Positions 27,283-38,609 of a stretch of DNA of 42,305 nucleotides are shown here, one piece after another. How positions within the stretch are numbered: the stretch's first letter is position 1; each line of letters starts with the position of its first letter. The notes under the pieces are model-generated. The model saw nothing but the letters and a program-made list of their open reading frames with translations. It did no database searches and had not been told where the DNA came from. Source of the DNA: Chloroflexota bacterium (GTDB taxonomy: Bacteria; Chloroflexota; Dormibacteria; CF-121). The translations under genes were made by a program, and so were the position numbers. Location of the stretch: NCBI GenBank assembly GCA_005882525.1, contig VBGO01000008.1, forward strand, positions 1 to 42,305. Reading direction: 5' to 3'.

Positions 27283-27858
27283 GGCAGCCAGATCTCGGAC
27301 GCGGACTGCACGTCGGTGATCCACCAGCGTCCATCGATGTCGACCAGGGTGTAGTGGTAATAGCCGAGGAACCGGTGGGTCGTCCGCCGGCCGAGGCCGA
27401 CCCCTTTCTCCGCATCCGGTACCAAGCGGTAGATCCACTCTTCCTTGGTCGTCACGTTGACGTTCTGCGGGCTGGCTTCGAGGCCATAAGCGGAAAGCTC
27501 AACCTTGCCGATCTGCAAGTAGGCGGTGTAAGAAACATCCAGCACCTCGCAGGTGATGTCCAGGCGAGCTGCGGGGAACGACTCGAAGTCCCCGGAGAGG
27601 TCGTGCGCGACTTGGGACAACATTGGCTCCAGGTACACCTCGCGCAGCACGTCGGCATCACGGTTGTTGTACGCCTGCTGATTGAGCTTGATCGACCGCA
27701 GGACGGTGTCCTTGATGGCCGAAACGTTGAACGCCGTCTCCCGCTGCACGCCTAGAGAGTAGCAAAGGGGCGAACGGCATCCCGCGGGTTTCTGAGGGGC
27801 GACGGTCTGGTAAACCTTTGTAAACCTCGTCGCCCCCTGGCCGGTCGGCCGGGCCGTA

Positions 27859-27869
<11 letters not shown>
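27279..27869 (-). CDS. Hypothetical protein (possible NTF2-like/DUF4101-like fold, unverified)
   Basis: 196-aa ORF. The TTG start at 27869 is preceded by a strong GGAAGGAGGG SD 4-5 nt upstream. The C-terminus YHYTLVDIDGRWWITDV resembles NTF2-like domains. Its stop overlaps the convergent GT87 stop. Confidence 0.6.
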
Positions 27870-29993
<2,124 letters not shown>

Positions 29994-29997
<4 letters not shown>

Positions 29998-32423
29998 GCG
30001 AGCAGGGCACGAGCCGGCGGATCCTGGTTGCCGACGACGATCCCGAACGCCTCAAGGCGCTGGTCGAGCGACTCCAACGCGAAGGCTTTGCCGTCCTCTC
30101 CGCCCAGGACGGGCTCGAGGCGCTGGATCGTGCCCGTGAGGAATTGCCGGACGCCATCATTCTCAACCTGCTGCTCCGCCGGATCGATGGGCTTCGCGTC
30201 TGCGAAATCCTGAAGAGCAACCCGGCAACCACGAACATTCCGGTGCTACTGATGGCCGGCGTCCACGTCGATGCGGACGAGGGCAAGCGGGCGCTGGCCG
30301 CCGGGGCGGACCGCTTCTTGAGCGATCTCAGCTCGCTGTCCACCGGATCCGGCCGCGAGCTGGGCGCGGACCAGGACCTGATCCAGGCGGTGCGTATGCT
30401 GCTGGGGGCGGAGCCGGAACTGGAACAGCGGCCGGTCCTGCTGGCCATCGACGATGATCCCGACAACCGCGCGTTTCTCACCAAGGCGGTGTCGAAACAG
30501 GGCTTCGAGGTCGTCACGGCACCCAACGCCACGCAAGCTCGCCGGCAGCTCGCCGGCCGGCGCCCGGCGCTGATCTTCCTCGACGTGCAGATGCCGGAAG
30601 AGAGCGGGCTGAGCCTGCTGCCCCAGATGCTTCGAGACTTCCCCGAGTCGGTGGTCGTCATGATGACGGCCTACGGCTCCGAACAGGTGGCGGCGGAGGC
30701 GCTGCGCGGCGGCGCGGACGATTACATCGCCAAGCCGATCGACCTGCACCGCCTGCGAGAACTACTCGAACGCAACCTGGAGAAGCAGCGGCTGCGTGCC
30801 GAGCGGCAGAGCCTGGTCGCGCGGCTGAAGGACTCGAATCGCTACCTGATGCGCCAGCACGCGGCGCTGCGGCAGGCCGATGAGGAGATCCTCCAGGTCA
30901 ACCGTCAGCTCGAGCAGTCCAGTCGCTACAAATCGGAATTCCTGGCGAACATGTCGCACGAGCTGCGCACCCCGCTCAACGCCATTCTGGGCTTCAGCGA
31001 GATCCTGCTGGACCTCACCATGAACCTCACCGCCGGCGAGCGCACCGAATTCCTCCGCAACATCCACAGCAGCGGACAGCACCTGCTCGGCCTGATCAAC
31101 GACATTCTCGACCTGGCGAAGATCGAGGCGGGGAAGATGGATCTCCACGCCGAAGAGATGCCGGTCACCCAGGCGCTCCAGGAAGTCACCGCCATCCTGG
31201 ATCCGATGGCCCGCCAGCAGGGCCTCCAGCTGAGAACGGTCGGCGCGGCGGAGGCGGGCGCCATCAAAGCCGACCGGAGCAAGTTCAAGCAGGTCCTCTA
31301 CAACCTGCTCTCCAACGCGGTCAAGTTCACGCCGGCGCCGGGCAACATCACCGTGACGGTCAGAGATTCCCCCGAGCAGTTGACGGTATCCGTCGAAGAC
31401 ACCGGGATCGGGATGAAGCCCGAGGATCTGCCGAAGCTGTTCCGCGAGTTCGAGCAGATCGATGGCTCCTATACCCGCCGCTACCAGGGCACCGGACTGG
31501 GGCTGGCCCTCTGCCGCCGCTTCGTCGAGATGCACGGCGGCCGGATCTGGGCCGAGAGCCAGTTCGGTAAAGGCTCGATTTTCACCTTCACCATTCCGCG
31601 GGAACCCCGGCTCGCGCTCGAGGCCCCCGTCGAGGAGGCGGCGCAGACCGCCGAAAGCATGGAGCTGCCGCTGGTCCTCGTGGTCGAAGATGACCCGGCC
31701 AGCAGCCAGCGGATGACGGCGGAGATCCAGGGGGTCGGCTTTCGGGTGGCGCATGCCCTCGATGGCAACGAGGCGGTGCGCAAGGCGATGGAGATCCTCC
31801 CCGACCTGGTGGTGATGGAAACCGTGCTCCCCGTCAAAGACGGCTGGCAGGTCCTGCAGGAGCTGCGCGCCCGGGCCGCGACGGCCGACGTGCCGGTGCT
31901 GGTCTGCTCCGTGACCCAGAACCAGCAGCTGATGGACGAGTACGGCGTGGTCGGCTACGTGGCCAAACCGTGGGCGACCAAGACGATGCAGGACGAGCTC
32001 CGGCGGGTCGGGCAGGGCATCAAGCGGCGGCGCGACCGAATCCGGGTGCTGCTGGTGCATCGGGAGCGCCGAGCGCTGGCGCCGCTGGCGGCCGCCCTGG
32101 TGGAAGAGGGCTTCGAGGTCTTCCGGGCGCCCGGGCTGCAGGAGGCCCTGGAAAAGGCCCGCGCGGCCGCCCCCGACGTGGTGGTGCTGGCCCCCGCCGA
32201 GCCGGAATGGGTGCTGGGCCTGCGGGGGCTCCCCGGCCAGCCCGCCATGCTGGCCCTGGGTGAAGTTTCACCGAGGGTGCCAGCGACGGCTTGGAGCGCC
32301 GTTATACCCTCTGGCCTCTCCCAGCCAGATGCCGTATTGCGCGCCATCAAGGGCCTGGACATCGTTCAGAGGCGAAGGAGGACAGGGCGTGACCGCCGGC
32401 AAGGTTTTGATCGTCGAAGATAA
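29994..32423 (+). CDS. Hybrid histidine kinase B: pseudo-REC, REC, HisKA, HATPase_c, REC(Glu), degenerate REC
   Basis: REC1 residues 8-115 have Asn58 (AIILNLLL) at the acceptor site and lack the conserved T and K. REC2 is canonical (LIFLD197VQMP, MMTAYG, YIAKP). H-box FLANMSH322ELRTPLNAILGFSE. HATPase boxes YNLLSNAVKFT, DTGIGM, GTGLGLALC. REC3 has Glu609 (LVVMETVLP). The REC4-like segment has Ala733 (VVVLAPAEP) and no acidic pair. ATGA overlap with gene A. Confidence 0.9.
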
Positions 32424-32778
32424 CCCGGTCAATCTCCGCTTGGCCCAGTTCCTGCTCGAGAAGAAAGGTTTCAGCGTGCGCAAAGCCGGCAGCGGCGCGG
32501 AGTGCCTGGCGGAAATGACCCGTGAGCTGCCCGACATCGTCTTGATGGACATCCAGCTACCGGGGGAGGACGGGCTGGCGGTTACCCGCAAGATCCGCTC
32601 CGATGCCCGCATGGCGGGGGTCGTCGTCGTCGCGCTGACCGCCCATGCCATGGCCGGCGACCGGGAGAAGATCCTGGGCGCCGGCTGCGACGGCTACATC
32701 GCCAAACCGGTCGATCCGCAAGGCCTTCCCGGGGAAGTGGCCCGCTACCTGCAACAGGGACGGCGGAAGGCCGCCTGA
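32389..32778 (+). CDS. Single-domain response regulator (CheY-like receiver) C
   Basis: KVLIVEDNPVN, DIVLMDIQLPGEDG, VVALTAHA, GYIAKP; all phospho-chemistry residues are present. The GTG 32389 has GAAGGAGG 7 nt upstream. It overlaps the 3' end of gene B by 35 nt. Confidence 0.85.
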   Translation: MTAGKVLIVEDNPVNLRLAQFLLEKKGFSVRKAGSGAECLAEMTRELPDIVLMDIQLPGEDGLAVTRKIRSDARMAGVVVVALTAHAMAGDREKILGAGCDGYIAKPVDPQGLPGEVARYLQQGRRKAA

Positions 32779-32780
32779 TG
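32743..32780 (+). repeat. Junction repeat copy 1 (3' end of gene C, SD, TGATG stop/start)
   Basis: CGCTACCTGCAACAGGGACGGCGGAAGGCCGCCTGATG. It matches 33111-33145 apart from two substitutions and one CGG codon. Confidence 0.9.
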
Positions 32781-33143
32781 AGCGAACAGCCACAGAAGTC
32801 CAGCCGGGTCGGGGAATCAGCACCCAAAGCCGGCCACCCCTACGCCCAGATCCTTCAGCTCAACCAGGAACTGGTCCAGAATCTCCAGGGCCTGGTCGAT
32901 GAGCACGAAACGCGCAAGAAGGAGCTCGAAGAACTGCGCTTTGGGCATGATCAGGCACGGGCCGAGATCGCGCGGCTCCAGGAGGAGCTGCGCCACGCCA
33001 ACCAGCGGGACGCCGAACGCCATGAGCAGCTTCGCCAGTTGGAGGCGGAACATGTCGACCAGCTCGGCGCGATGAGTGCCCATCTGGATGCCATGCGAGC
33101 CGCCATCGAACGATACCTGCAACAGGGTCGGAAGGCCGCCTGA
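32778..33143 (+). CDS. Small coiled-coil protein D, a truncated paralogue of the N-terminus of gene E
   Basis: 121 aa with heptad-rich sequence. YAQILQLNQELVQNLQGL matches E FADILQQNQEFIAHLQAL. RDAERHEQLRQLEAEH matches E RDEERRSQLRQLEQER. It ends in RYLQQGRKAA, like gene C. It has TGATG coupling at both ends. Confidence 0.7.
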   Translation: MSEQPQKSSRVGESAPKAGHPYAQILQLNQELVQNLQGLVDEHETRKKELEELRFGHDQARAEIARLQEELRHANQRDAERHEQLRQLEAEHVDQLGAMSAHLDAMRAAIERYLQQGRKAA

Positions 33144-33145
33144 TG
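33111..33145 (+). repeat. Junction repeat copy 2 (3' end of gene D, SD, TGATG stop/start)
   Basis: CGATACCTGCAACAGGGTCGGAAGGCCGCCTGATG; see copy 1 at 32743-32780. Confidence 0.9.
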
Positions 33146-35587
33146 GCAGACACGCCCAAGGCGAAATCCTTCGCCGACATCCTGCAGCAAAATCAGGAGT
33201 TCATCGCGCATCTGCAGGCGTTGCAGGATGACGCGGGGGCGCAGCTCGCCGAGAAGGCCAAAGAGCTCGGTCTGGTCAAGCGTGAGCTCGAGGCCAAGCA
33301 GCAAGAGCTCGACGAATTGCAGAACGCCCAGTTGCAGTGGGCGATGGACCGCCAGGCGCTCCTCACCCAGCATGATGCGCTGAAGCAGGGGCACGTGGAC
33401 CTGCAGCAGGCCCACGATCGAGGCCAGGTGGAGCTCGGTCGGCTCAAGGATGACGTCACTCGGGCCAAGACGCGTGATGAGGAGCGGCGAAGCCAGCTCC
33501 GGCAGCTCGAACAGGAGCGCATGCAGCTGGCACAGAAATACGAGGCCGACCAGAAGAAGATTCGGGCCGACCTCAAGACCGCGCAGGACGACCTCAACGA
33601 GTTGCAGTCATCCCAGCTTCAGTGGGCGGTCGACCGCGAGACCTTACTGAAGGATCGGGACACCGCCGTTGCCAGGCAGGCGCAGCTCGAGCAGGAGTGG
33701 CAGAAGGCACGCGCCGAGCTCACCCAGGACAAGGCGCGGCTGACCGATCTCACCGCCCAGTTGCAGCAGCAGCTGAAAGCCGTCCAGGCCGAGATCGACC
33801 CGCTCAAGGCCGCCCGGGACAAATGGCAGGCGGAACGGCTGCGCCTGATCGCCGACGTCGCCCGGCTGGAGCAGGGGTCGCAGGCCTCGGAAGCGCAGTT
33901 CAAAGCCGACCGCAAGCTGCTCCAGGGTCAGCTCGAAGAAGCCCGCAAGAAGGGTGCCGACCTCGACAAAGCCGAGGCCGAGTTTCAGCGCCTCAGCGAC
34001 GAGCGCTCGGCGCTGCTCACCAAGGTCAAGGCGCTGGAGAAGGACTGGCAGAGTCGGGAGGCGTCCTTCGCCGAGGAAAAGTCCACTCTCAAGAAGCAGG
34101 CACAGGATGCGATCGCCAGGCTGGCGGTGATTCAACAGGATTACGAAAAGCTCAAGGCCCTGCATGCCGATCTCGCGGGGGAGACCGGCCGCAAGGCGGA
34201 GGAGTGGACCGTCCGCGAACAGCGGCTCACCTCGGAAAAAAACCAGCTCAAGGTCGACCTGGAGCGGATCCAGGCCCAGCTCTCCGAAATGAGCACGCAG
34301 ACCAATGAGCTGCACCGGCAGCGCGCGGGGGAAGCCAAGGAGCTCGAGCAGGCCTGGCAGCGGGAGAAGGCGTCCCTCAAGTTGCAGCTCGACGAGGCGC
34401 GCAAGGCGGCCGGCAGCGGGCCGCCCACCAGCCAGGTCCTGGCCCGCTACGAAGCGGAGAAACGGGCGATGCAGGCCCAACTCGACGGTCTCAAGGTGGA
34501 GCTCACTGCCACCGGAAAGAATAAGGATGCGGCCCCGGCGTTGAGCCAGGCCAAGCGGGACTTCGAGGCCAAATTCCGAGTCATCTACGACCAGAGCCAC
34601 GACCTCAACTCGCCGCTCAACGCGATCATCGGGTTCTCCGAGATCCTGCTCGACGAGAAGGCGAACAAGACTACGCCCGAAGAGCGGCGGGAGTTCGTCG
34701 CCCACATCAACGAAAGCGGCAAGCGCCTGGTCGAGCACATCCGCGAGCTGATCGAGTTCGCCAAGCAGGAAGCCGGCATCCAGGAACGCCCCGTCCAGAT
34801 GATGCCGCCGGTCGGTTCCGGCACCAAGGCCCCGGTCATCCTGGTCGCCGACAACGACCCGGCGGTCAAGGAGCGCATCGAGCCCTTCCTCAGCCACGCC
34901 GGCTACGAGGTCGTGATCGCCGCCAGCGCCCAGGAAGCGCTTCGGAAGGCGGTGCAGCTCCAGCCGCTCGCCGTCCTGATCGACACGCAGCTGCCGCCCA
35001 ACGGCGGGAGCGGCCTGGTCTACGACCTGCGCCGCGAGTCGAAGACCAAGGACATCCCGATCGTGCTGACCTCCAAGATCAATAAGGAATCGCTGCCCTT
35101 CGATATCGGGCAGGCGGACTTCCTCACCAAGCCGATCGATCGCCAGCAGCTCCTCCAGATGATGGTGAAGTTCGACCTGCTGGCCGACGGCAAGCGCGGA
35201 AAGAAGACGCCGTCATCGATCCTGATCGTGGACGACGACCCGCAGAACATCCGGTTGGTCAAGGCCATGCTCAAGCCCTTCAACATGGAAATCATGGTCG
35301 CCGACGGCGGGAAGGCGGGCCTGGAGCTCGCCATGAAAAAGAAGCCCGACATGATTATCCTCGACCTGATGATGCCCGACGTCGACGGCTTCGAGGTGGT
35401 CTCCAAGCTCCGCGAGGACCCGGCCTCGAGCCAGATCCCCATCCTTATCTATACGGCGAAAAACATCACGAGCGAAGACCGAGAGCGCTTGCAGGGGAAC
35501 ATCCAGACAATCATCCAGAAGGGCGACTTCGGCAAAGACCGCTTCCTCGAGATGATCAACAACCTTCAAACCAGCCAGGCTGCTTAG
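33143..35587 (+). CDS. Coiled-coil / DHp-only histidine phosphotransfer / REC-REC protein E
   Basis: Residues 1-470 are continuous heptad-type coiled coil (Q/E/K/L/A rich). Residues ~470-545 form a HisKA-like DHp with H-box YDQSH486DLNSPLNAIIGFSEILLD. Only ~18 residues follow before REC1 (VILVADND, VLID614TQLP, VLTSK, LTKP), then REC2 (ILIVDDDP, IILD741LMMPDVDG, IYTAK, IQKGD). No N/G1/F/G2 ATP-binding boxes occur anywhere. Confidence 0.85.
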   Translation: MADTPKAKSFADILQQNQEFIAHLQALQDDAGAQLAEKAKELGLVKRELEAKQQELDELQNAQLQWAMDRQALLTQHDALKQGHVDLQQAHDRGQVELGRLKDDVTRAKTRDEERRSQLRQLEQERMQLAQKYEADQKKIRADLKTAQDDLNELQSSQLQWAVDRETLLKDRDTAVARQAQLEQEWQKARAELTQDKARLTDLTAQLQQQLKAVQAEIDPLKAARDKWQAERLRLIADVARLEQGSQASEAQFKADRKLLQGQLEEARKKGADLDKAEAEFQRLSDERSALLTKVKALEKDWQSREASFAEEKSTLKKQAQDAIARLAVIQQDYEKLKALHADLAGETGRKAEEWTVREQRLTSEKNQLKVDLERIQAQLSEMSTQTNELHRQRAGEAKELEQAWQREKASLKLQLDEARKAAGSGPPTSQVLARYEAEKRAMQAQLDGLKVELTATGKNKDAAPALSQAKRDFEAKFRVIYDQSHDLNSPLNAIIGFSEILLDEKANKTTPEERREFVAHINESGKRLVEHIRELIEFAKQEAGIQERPVQMMPPVGSGTKAPVILVADNDPAVKERIEPFLSHAGYEVVIAASAQEALRKAVQLQPLAVLIDTQLPPNGGSGLVYDLRRESKTKDIPIVLTSKINKESLPFDIGQADFLTKPIDRQQLLQMMVKFDLLADGKRGKKTPSSILIVDDDPQNIRLVKAMLKPFNMEIMVADGGKAGLELAMKKKPDMIILDLMMPDVDGFEVVSKLREDPASSQIPILIYTAKNITSEDRERLQGNIQTIIQKGDFGKDRFLEMINNLQTSQAA

Positions 35588-35602
35588 GAAACGAGGGCCG
35601 GC

Positions 35603-37867
35603 ATGACTGCCCTCGACCGCCAGTTCGTCCAGCTTCGGTTTGCGGCGCTCCTGATTCCGCTCGGCCTCCTCCTCTGGCTCCATTCGGCGTCGGTCCCGGT
35701 CGCCATCCTGCTGGGTGGCATGCTGGCCGCCTATAACGGGGTGGCGGCGCTGGCGATCCGACGGAATGCGGTCCCCCGTTTCGGCAAGCCGATGGCGGTG
35801 CTCCTGCTCGTCCTGGATCACCTGGTCGTCACCGGCTGGATCCTGCTCTTCGCGTCGCCTTCCTCCAGCCTCCCGTATCTTCTCTATGCCCTGGTCGCGG
35901 CCGAAGCGGTGTTCCGCTTCGAACTCTGGGGCGGCATCGGGACCAGCCTCTTCTTCACGAGCGGCATCATCCTCTTCCAGACCAGCGACCTCGGGCTCGC
36001 CATCTCGGTGCGCGACGCGATCCTGCGGGCCGTCCCCACCGTCGCCGTGATCACCGGCCTGGGCGCCGCGGTGCGGGCCCTGAATACCGAGATCCGCGGC
36101 ACCCGGCGCCGGCTCGCCCAGACGGAGCAGCTCCGCAACGTGCTCGGCGAGCTGGTGGGTCAGCTGGATGTATCGCGCATGCTCTACACCGTCATCCGCT
36201 GCGGCATGGAGCTCCTCCAGATGGACTCCGGGGCCATCGTGTTGCTCGACGAGGAGCGCGGGGTGTTTACGTTGGGGGCGGCGGTTCGCCTCGAGGCGGC
36301 CATCGAAGGCGTGACCATCTCAGCCGGCGACGGGATCGTCGGGCGGGTGGTCCGGGAGCGCCGTTTCGTGATGCTCGCCGAGCCGCCCCTGTTCGATCTG
36401 GCCGCGCTCAATGCGGCCGGCTATCGCCGAGTCTTCGGGACCCCCGTCCTGCTGGAAGGCAAGGTCTCGGGCGTGCTCCACCTGCAGACGCGCGAAGACC
36501 AGCGCCGGCTGACCCGATGGGAAGAGGAGGCGCTCGAGGTGCTGGCCCAGCAGCTGGCCGTCGCGCTCCGCAACGTCCACCTCTTCGAGGAGACCGAAAA
36601 GCGCGCCCGCCGGCTGGAGCTGCTCAACCGATCGATCGACCAGATGAACCAGAAACTCTTCGAGCCGGAGCTGCTCGACATCATCGCCACGGCGCTCACC
36701 GGCAACCTCGATTTTGCCGCCGCTCAGGTCTGGCTGCTGGAGGCAAGCGACGGCGCGCTCTGGCGCCGGGCCAGCCATCACGTCACCCGCAACGCGCCGC
36801 CGGTGCCCGGCCGGGTGGAACGCGGCATGGGCGAGATCGGCCAGGTGGCCGAGCTGCGGGTCCCGATCGTCACCAACGACCCGGCCAACCACCGCCAGCT
36901 CGCGCTCAACCCCTGGATGTCGGAAGAAGGGATCCAGGCGTTCGCCGGATTTCCGATGGTCGTCGGCGACCAGCTGCTGGGCGTGCTCGCCATCTATCAC
37001 CGGCGCGCCCTGGACCGGAACACCATCGAGCTGCTGACGCTCTTCGCGCAGCATGCCGCCACGGCCATCCAGGAGGCGCACCTCTTCCATCTCGCCACGG
37101 AGCAGACGGCGCGGCTGGGCGCGGTCAACGCCGAGCTGCAACGCGCGAACCAGGTGAAGGCGGAGTTCCTCGCCAACATGAGCCACGAGTTGCGCACCCC
37201 GCTGAACTCGATCCTGGGGTTTTCCCAACTCCTGCTCGAGGGGGATGGGGGCGTGCTCAGCCAGGACCAGCGTCAGGACGTCGACATCATCGCCCAGAAC
37301 GGCCAGCACCTGCTCGCGCTGATCAACGACCTGCTCGACATTTCCAAGCTCGAGGCGGGTAAGGCCCAGCTGCATCGCGGCGAGGTCGACGTGGAGCCAC
37401 TGATTTCGGAGTGTGTGGAGAGCGTCCGCTCGCTGACCAAGCCGAAGAAGCTCGAGCTGACCGCCAGCGTATCGCCCGAGGTGGGGCGCGTCTTCGCCGA
37501 CGGGCCCAAGCTCAAGCAGGTACTGCTCAACCTGCTGGGCAACGCCATCAAGTTCACCGAGTCCGGCAGCGTGCGGGTGACGGCCGAACGCCAGGGAGCC
37601 GAGTTGCTTATCAGCGTCCGCGACACCGGCATCGGGGTGCCGCCGGACGATGCGGAGCGGATCTTCGAGAGCTTCCAGCAGGGTCAAAGCGGCATCAGCG
37701 GCAAGTATCAGGGCACCGGGCTGGGGCTGGCGATCTCCCGCCGGCTGGTGGAGATGCACGGGGGACGCATCTGGGTGAAGAGCCCGCCGGGTCAGGGCAG
37801 CACCTTCACCTTCACCATCCCGCAGCGGGCGCTGCCCGACGCGATCGATCTCTCGAGCGCGGCCTGA
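35603..37867 (+). CDS. Sensor histidine kinase F: multi-TM sensor, GAF, GAF, HisKA, HATPase_c
   Basis: About five N-terminal TM helices. GAF-like ends VSGVLHLQTRED...AVALRNVHLFEE and LLGVLAIYHRR...AATAIQEAHLF. H-box FLANMSHELRTPLNSILGFSQ. Boxes LNLLGNAIKFT, DTGIGV, GTGLGLAIS. GAGGG SD in the 15-nt gap after gene E. Confidence 0.9.
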   Translation: MTALDRQFVQLRFAALLIPLGLLLWLHSASVPVAILLGGMLAAYNGVAALAIRRNAVPRFGKPMAVLLLVLDHLVVTGWILLFASPSSSLPYLLYALVAAEAVFRFELWGGIGTSLFFTSGIILFQTSDLGLAISVRDAILRAVPTVAVITGLGAAVRALNTEIRGTRRRLAQTEQLRNVLGELVGQLDVSRMLYTVIRCGMELLQMDSGAIVLLDEERGVFTLGAAVRLEAAIEGVTISAGDGIVGRVVRERRFVMLAEPPLFDLAALNAAGYRRVFGTPVLLEGKVSGVLHLQTREDQRRLTRWEEEALEVLAQQLAVALRNVHLFEETEKRARRLELLNRSIDQMNQKLFEPELLDIIATALTGNLDFAAAQVWLLEASDGALWRRASHHVTRNAPPVPGRVERGMGEIGQVAELRVPIVTNDPANHRQLALNPWMSEEGIQAFAGFPMVVGDQLLGVLAIYHRRALDRNTIELLTLFAQHAATAIQEAHLFHLATEQTARLGAVNAELQRANQVKAEFLANMSHELRTPLNSILGFSQLLLEGDGGVLSQDQRQDVDIIAQNGQHLLALINDLLDISKLEAGKAQLHRGEVDVEPLISECVESVRSLTKPKKLELTASVSPEVGRVFADGPKLKQVLLNLLGNAIKFTESGSVRVTAERQGAELLISVRDTGIGVPPDDAERIFESFQQGQSGISGKYQGTGLGLAISRRLVEMHGGRIWVKSPPGQGSTFTFTIPQRALPDAIDLSSAA

Positions 37868-37914
37868 CGCCCCACCCTGCCCTTCCGCGCGAGCAGGGGA
37901 GGGAAAGCCTACAC

Positions 37915-38508
37915 CTAGCCCAGCAAGCCGCTAATGAGGGCGATGGCGACGAGCACCATGACGCCGGCTGCGGCGAACTGGAGTGGGCGCTCCGGGACCC
38001 AGGCGCCCAGCCGATTCCCGAGGACGACCGCTATCGCCGAGACGACCCAGAGCGCCAGCGTGGCGGCGGTAAAGACGACGACCGGCTGCTGATAGCGGGC
38101 TTGGAGCGCGGCGGTCGCCAGCTGGGTGAGGTCTCCCCACTCGGCCACGAAGACGACGCTGAATGCCGTCACGAACGGACGGCGGTGTGGTCGATCTTCC
38201 TGCGCCAGCGTCTGCTGCTCCTCCGCCCTGTCCCTGCGCAGGTTTCTCCGGACGAGCAGCGCCGCCATGATGAGGAAGAGAAGCCCGGCCCCGATCCGAA
38301 TCGGCTCCCGCGGCAACAGGCCGAGCAGGGAGCCGGCCAGGACCGCGACCGCACTCTGAATGACAAACGCCGCGGCGGCCCCCAGGAAGATGGGAAGCGG
38401 CCGGTGCCGGGTCGCCAGCAACAGCGCCGCCAGCGCCGTCTTATCGGGCAGCTCGAGGAGAAAGATGACGGTGAAAACCGTGAACGCGAGACCCAGGATG
38501 GACACCAC
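37915..38508 (-). CDS. GDT1/TMEM165 (UPF0016) family cation (Mn2+/Ca2+) transporter
   Basis: Two copies of the family signature E-x-G-D-(K/R)-(T/S): LELPDKTALAAL and VAEWGDLTQLAT. Six TM helices, 197 aa. Confidence 0.85.
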   Translation of the reverse strand: MVSILGLAFTVFTVIFLLELPDKTALAALLLATRHRPLPIFLGAAAAFVIQSAVAVLAGSLLGLLPREPIRIGAGLLFLIMAALLVRRNLRRDRAEEQQTLAQEDRPHRRPFVTAFSVVFVAEWGDLTQLATAALQARYQQPVVVFTAATLALWVVSAIAVVLGNRLGAWVPERPLQFAAAGVMVLVAIALISGLLG

Positions 38509-38609
38509 TGGGGAGGAAGTGTAGAGCCGGCCCCCGGCGATCGCTCAGTGCAGCCAGAGAGGGAAGGAGAGGACGAAGACGAGCAGGCCGAGGCCGACAG
38601 TGCGCATGC

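Noticed and set aside
30762-37759. Very long antisense ORFs lie opposite the signalling operon (30762..32060, 33644..34897 and 36320..37759, 400-480 aa each). Similar ones lie opposite other genes (3629..4843, 23814..24914, 26140..27075, 37411..38637).
   Set aside because: Each lies antisense to a gene with unmistakable domain motifs. Their own translations are low-complexity (R, G, P, L, E, D runs) with no recognisable domain. Long stop-free antisense frames are expected at this GC content.
38509-38609. Possible Mn2+ (yybP-ykoY-type) riboswitch in the leader of the GDT1/UPF0016 transporter.
   Set aside because: The leader is only ~100 nt. I could not recognise the conserved riboswitch core by eye. 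A covariance-model search would be needed, so no claim is made.
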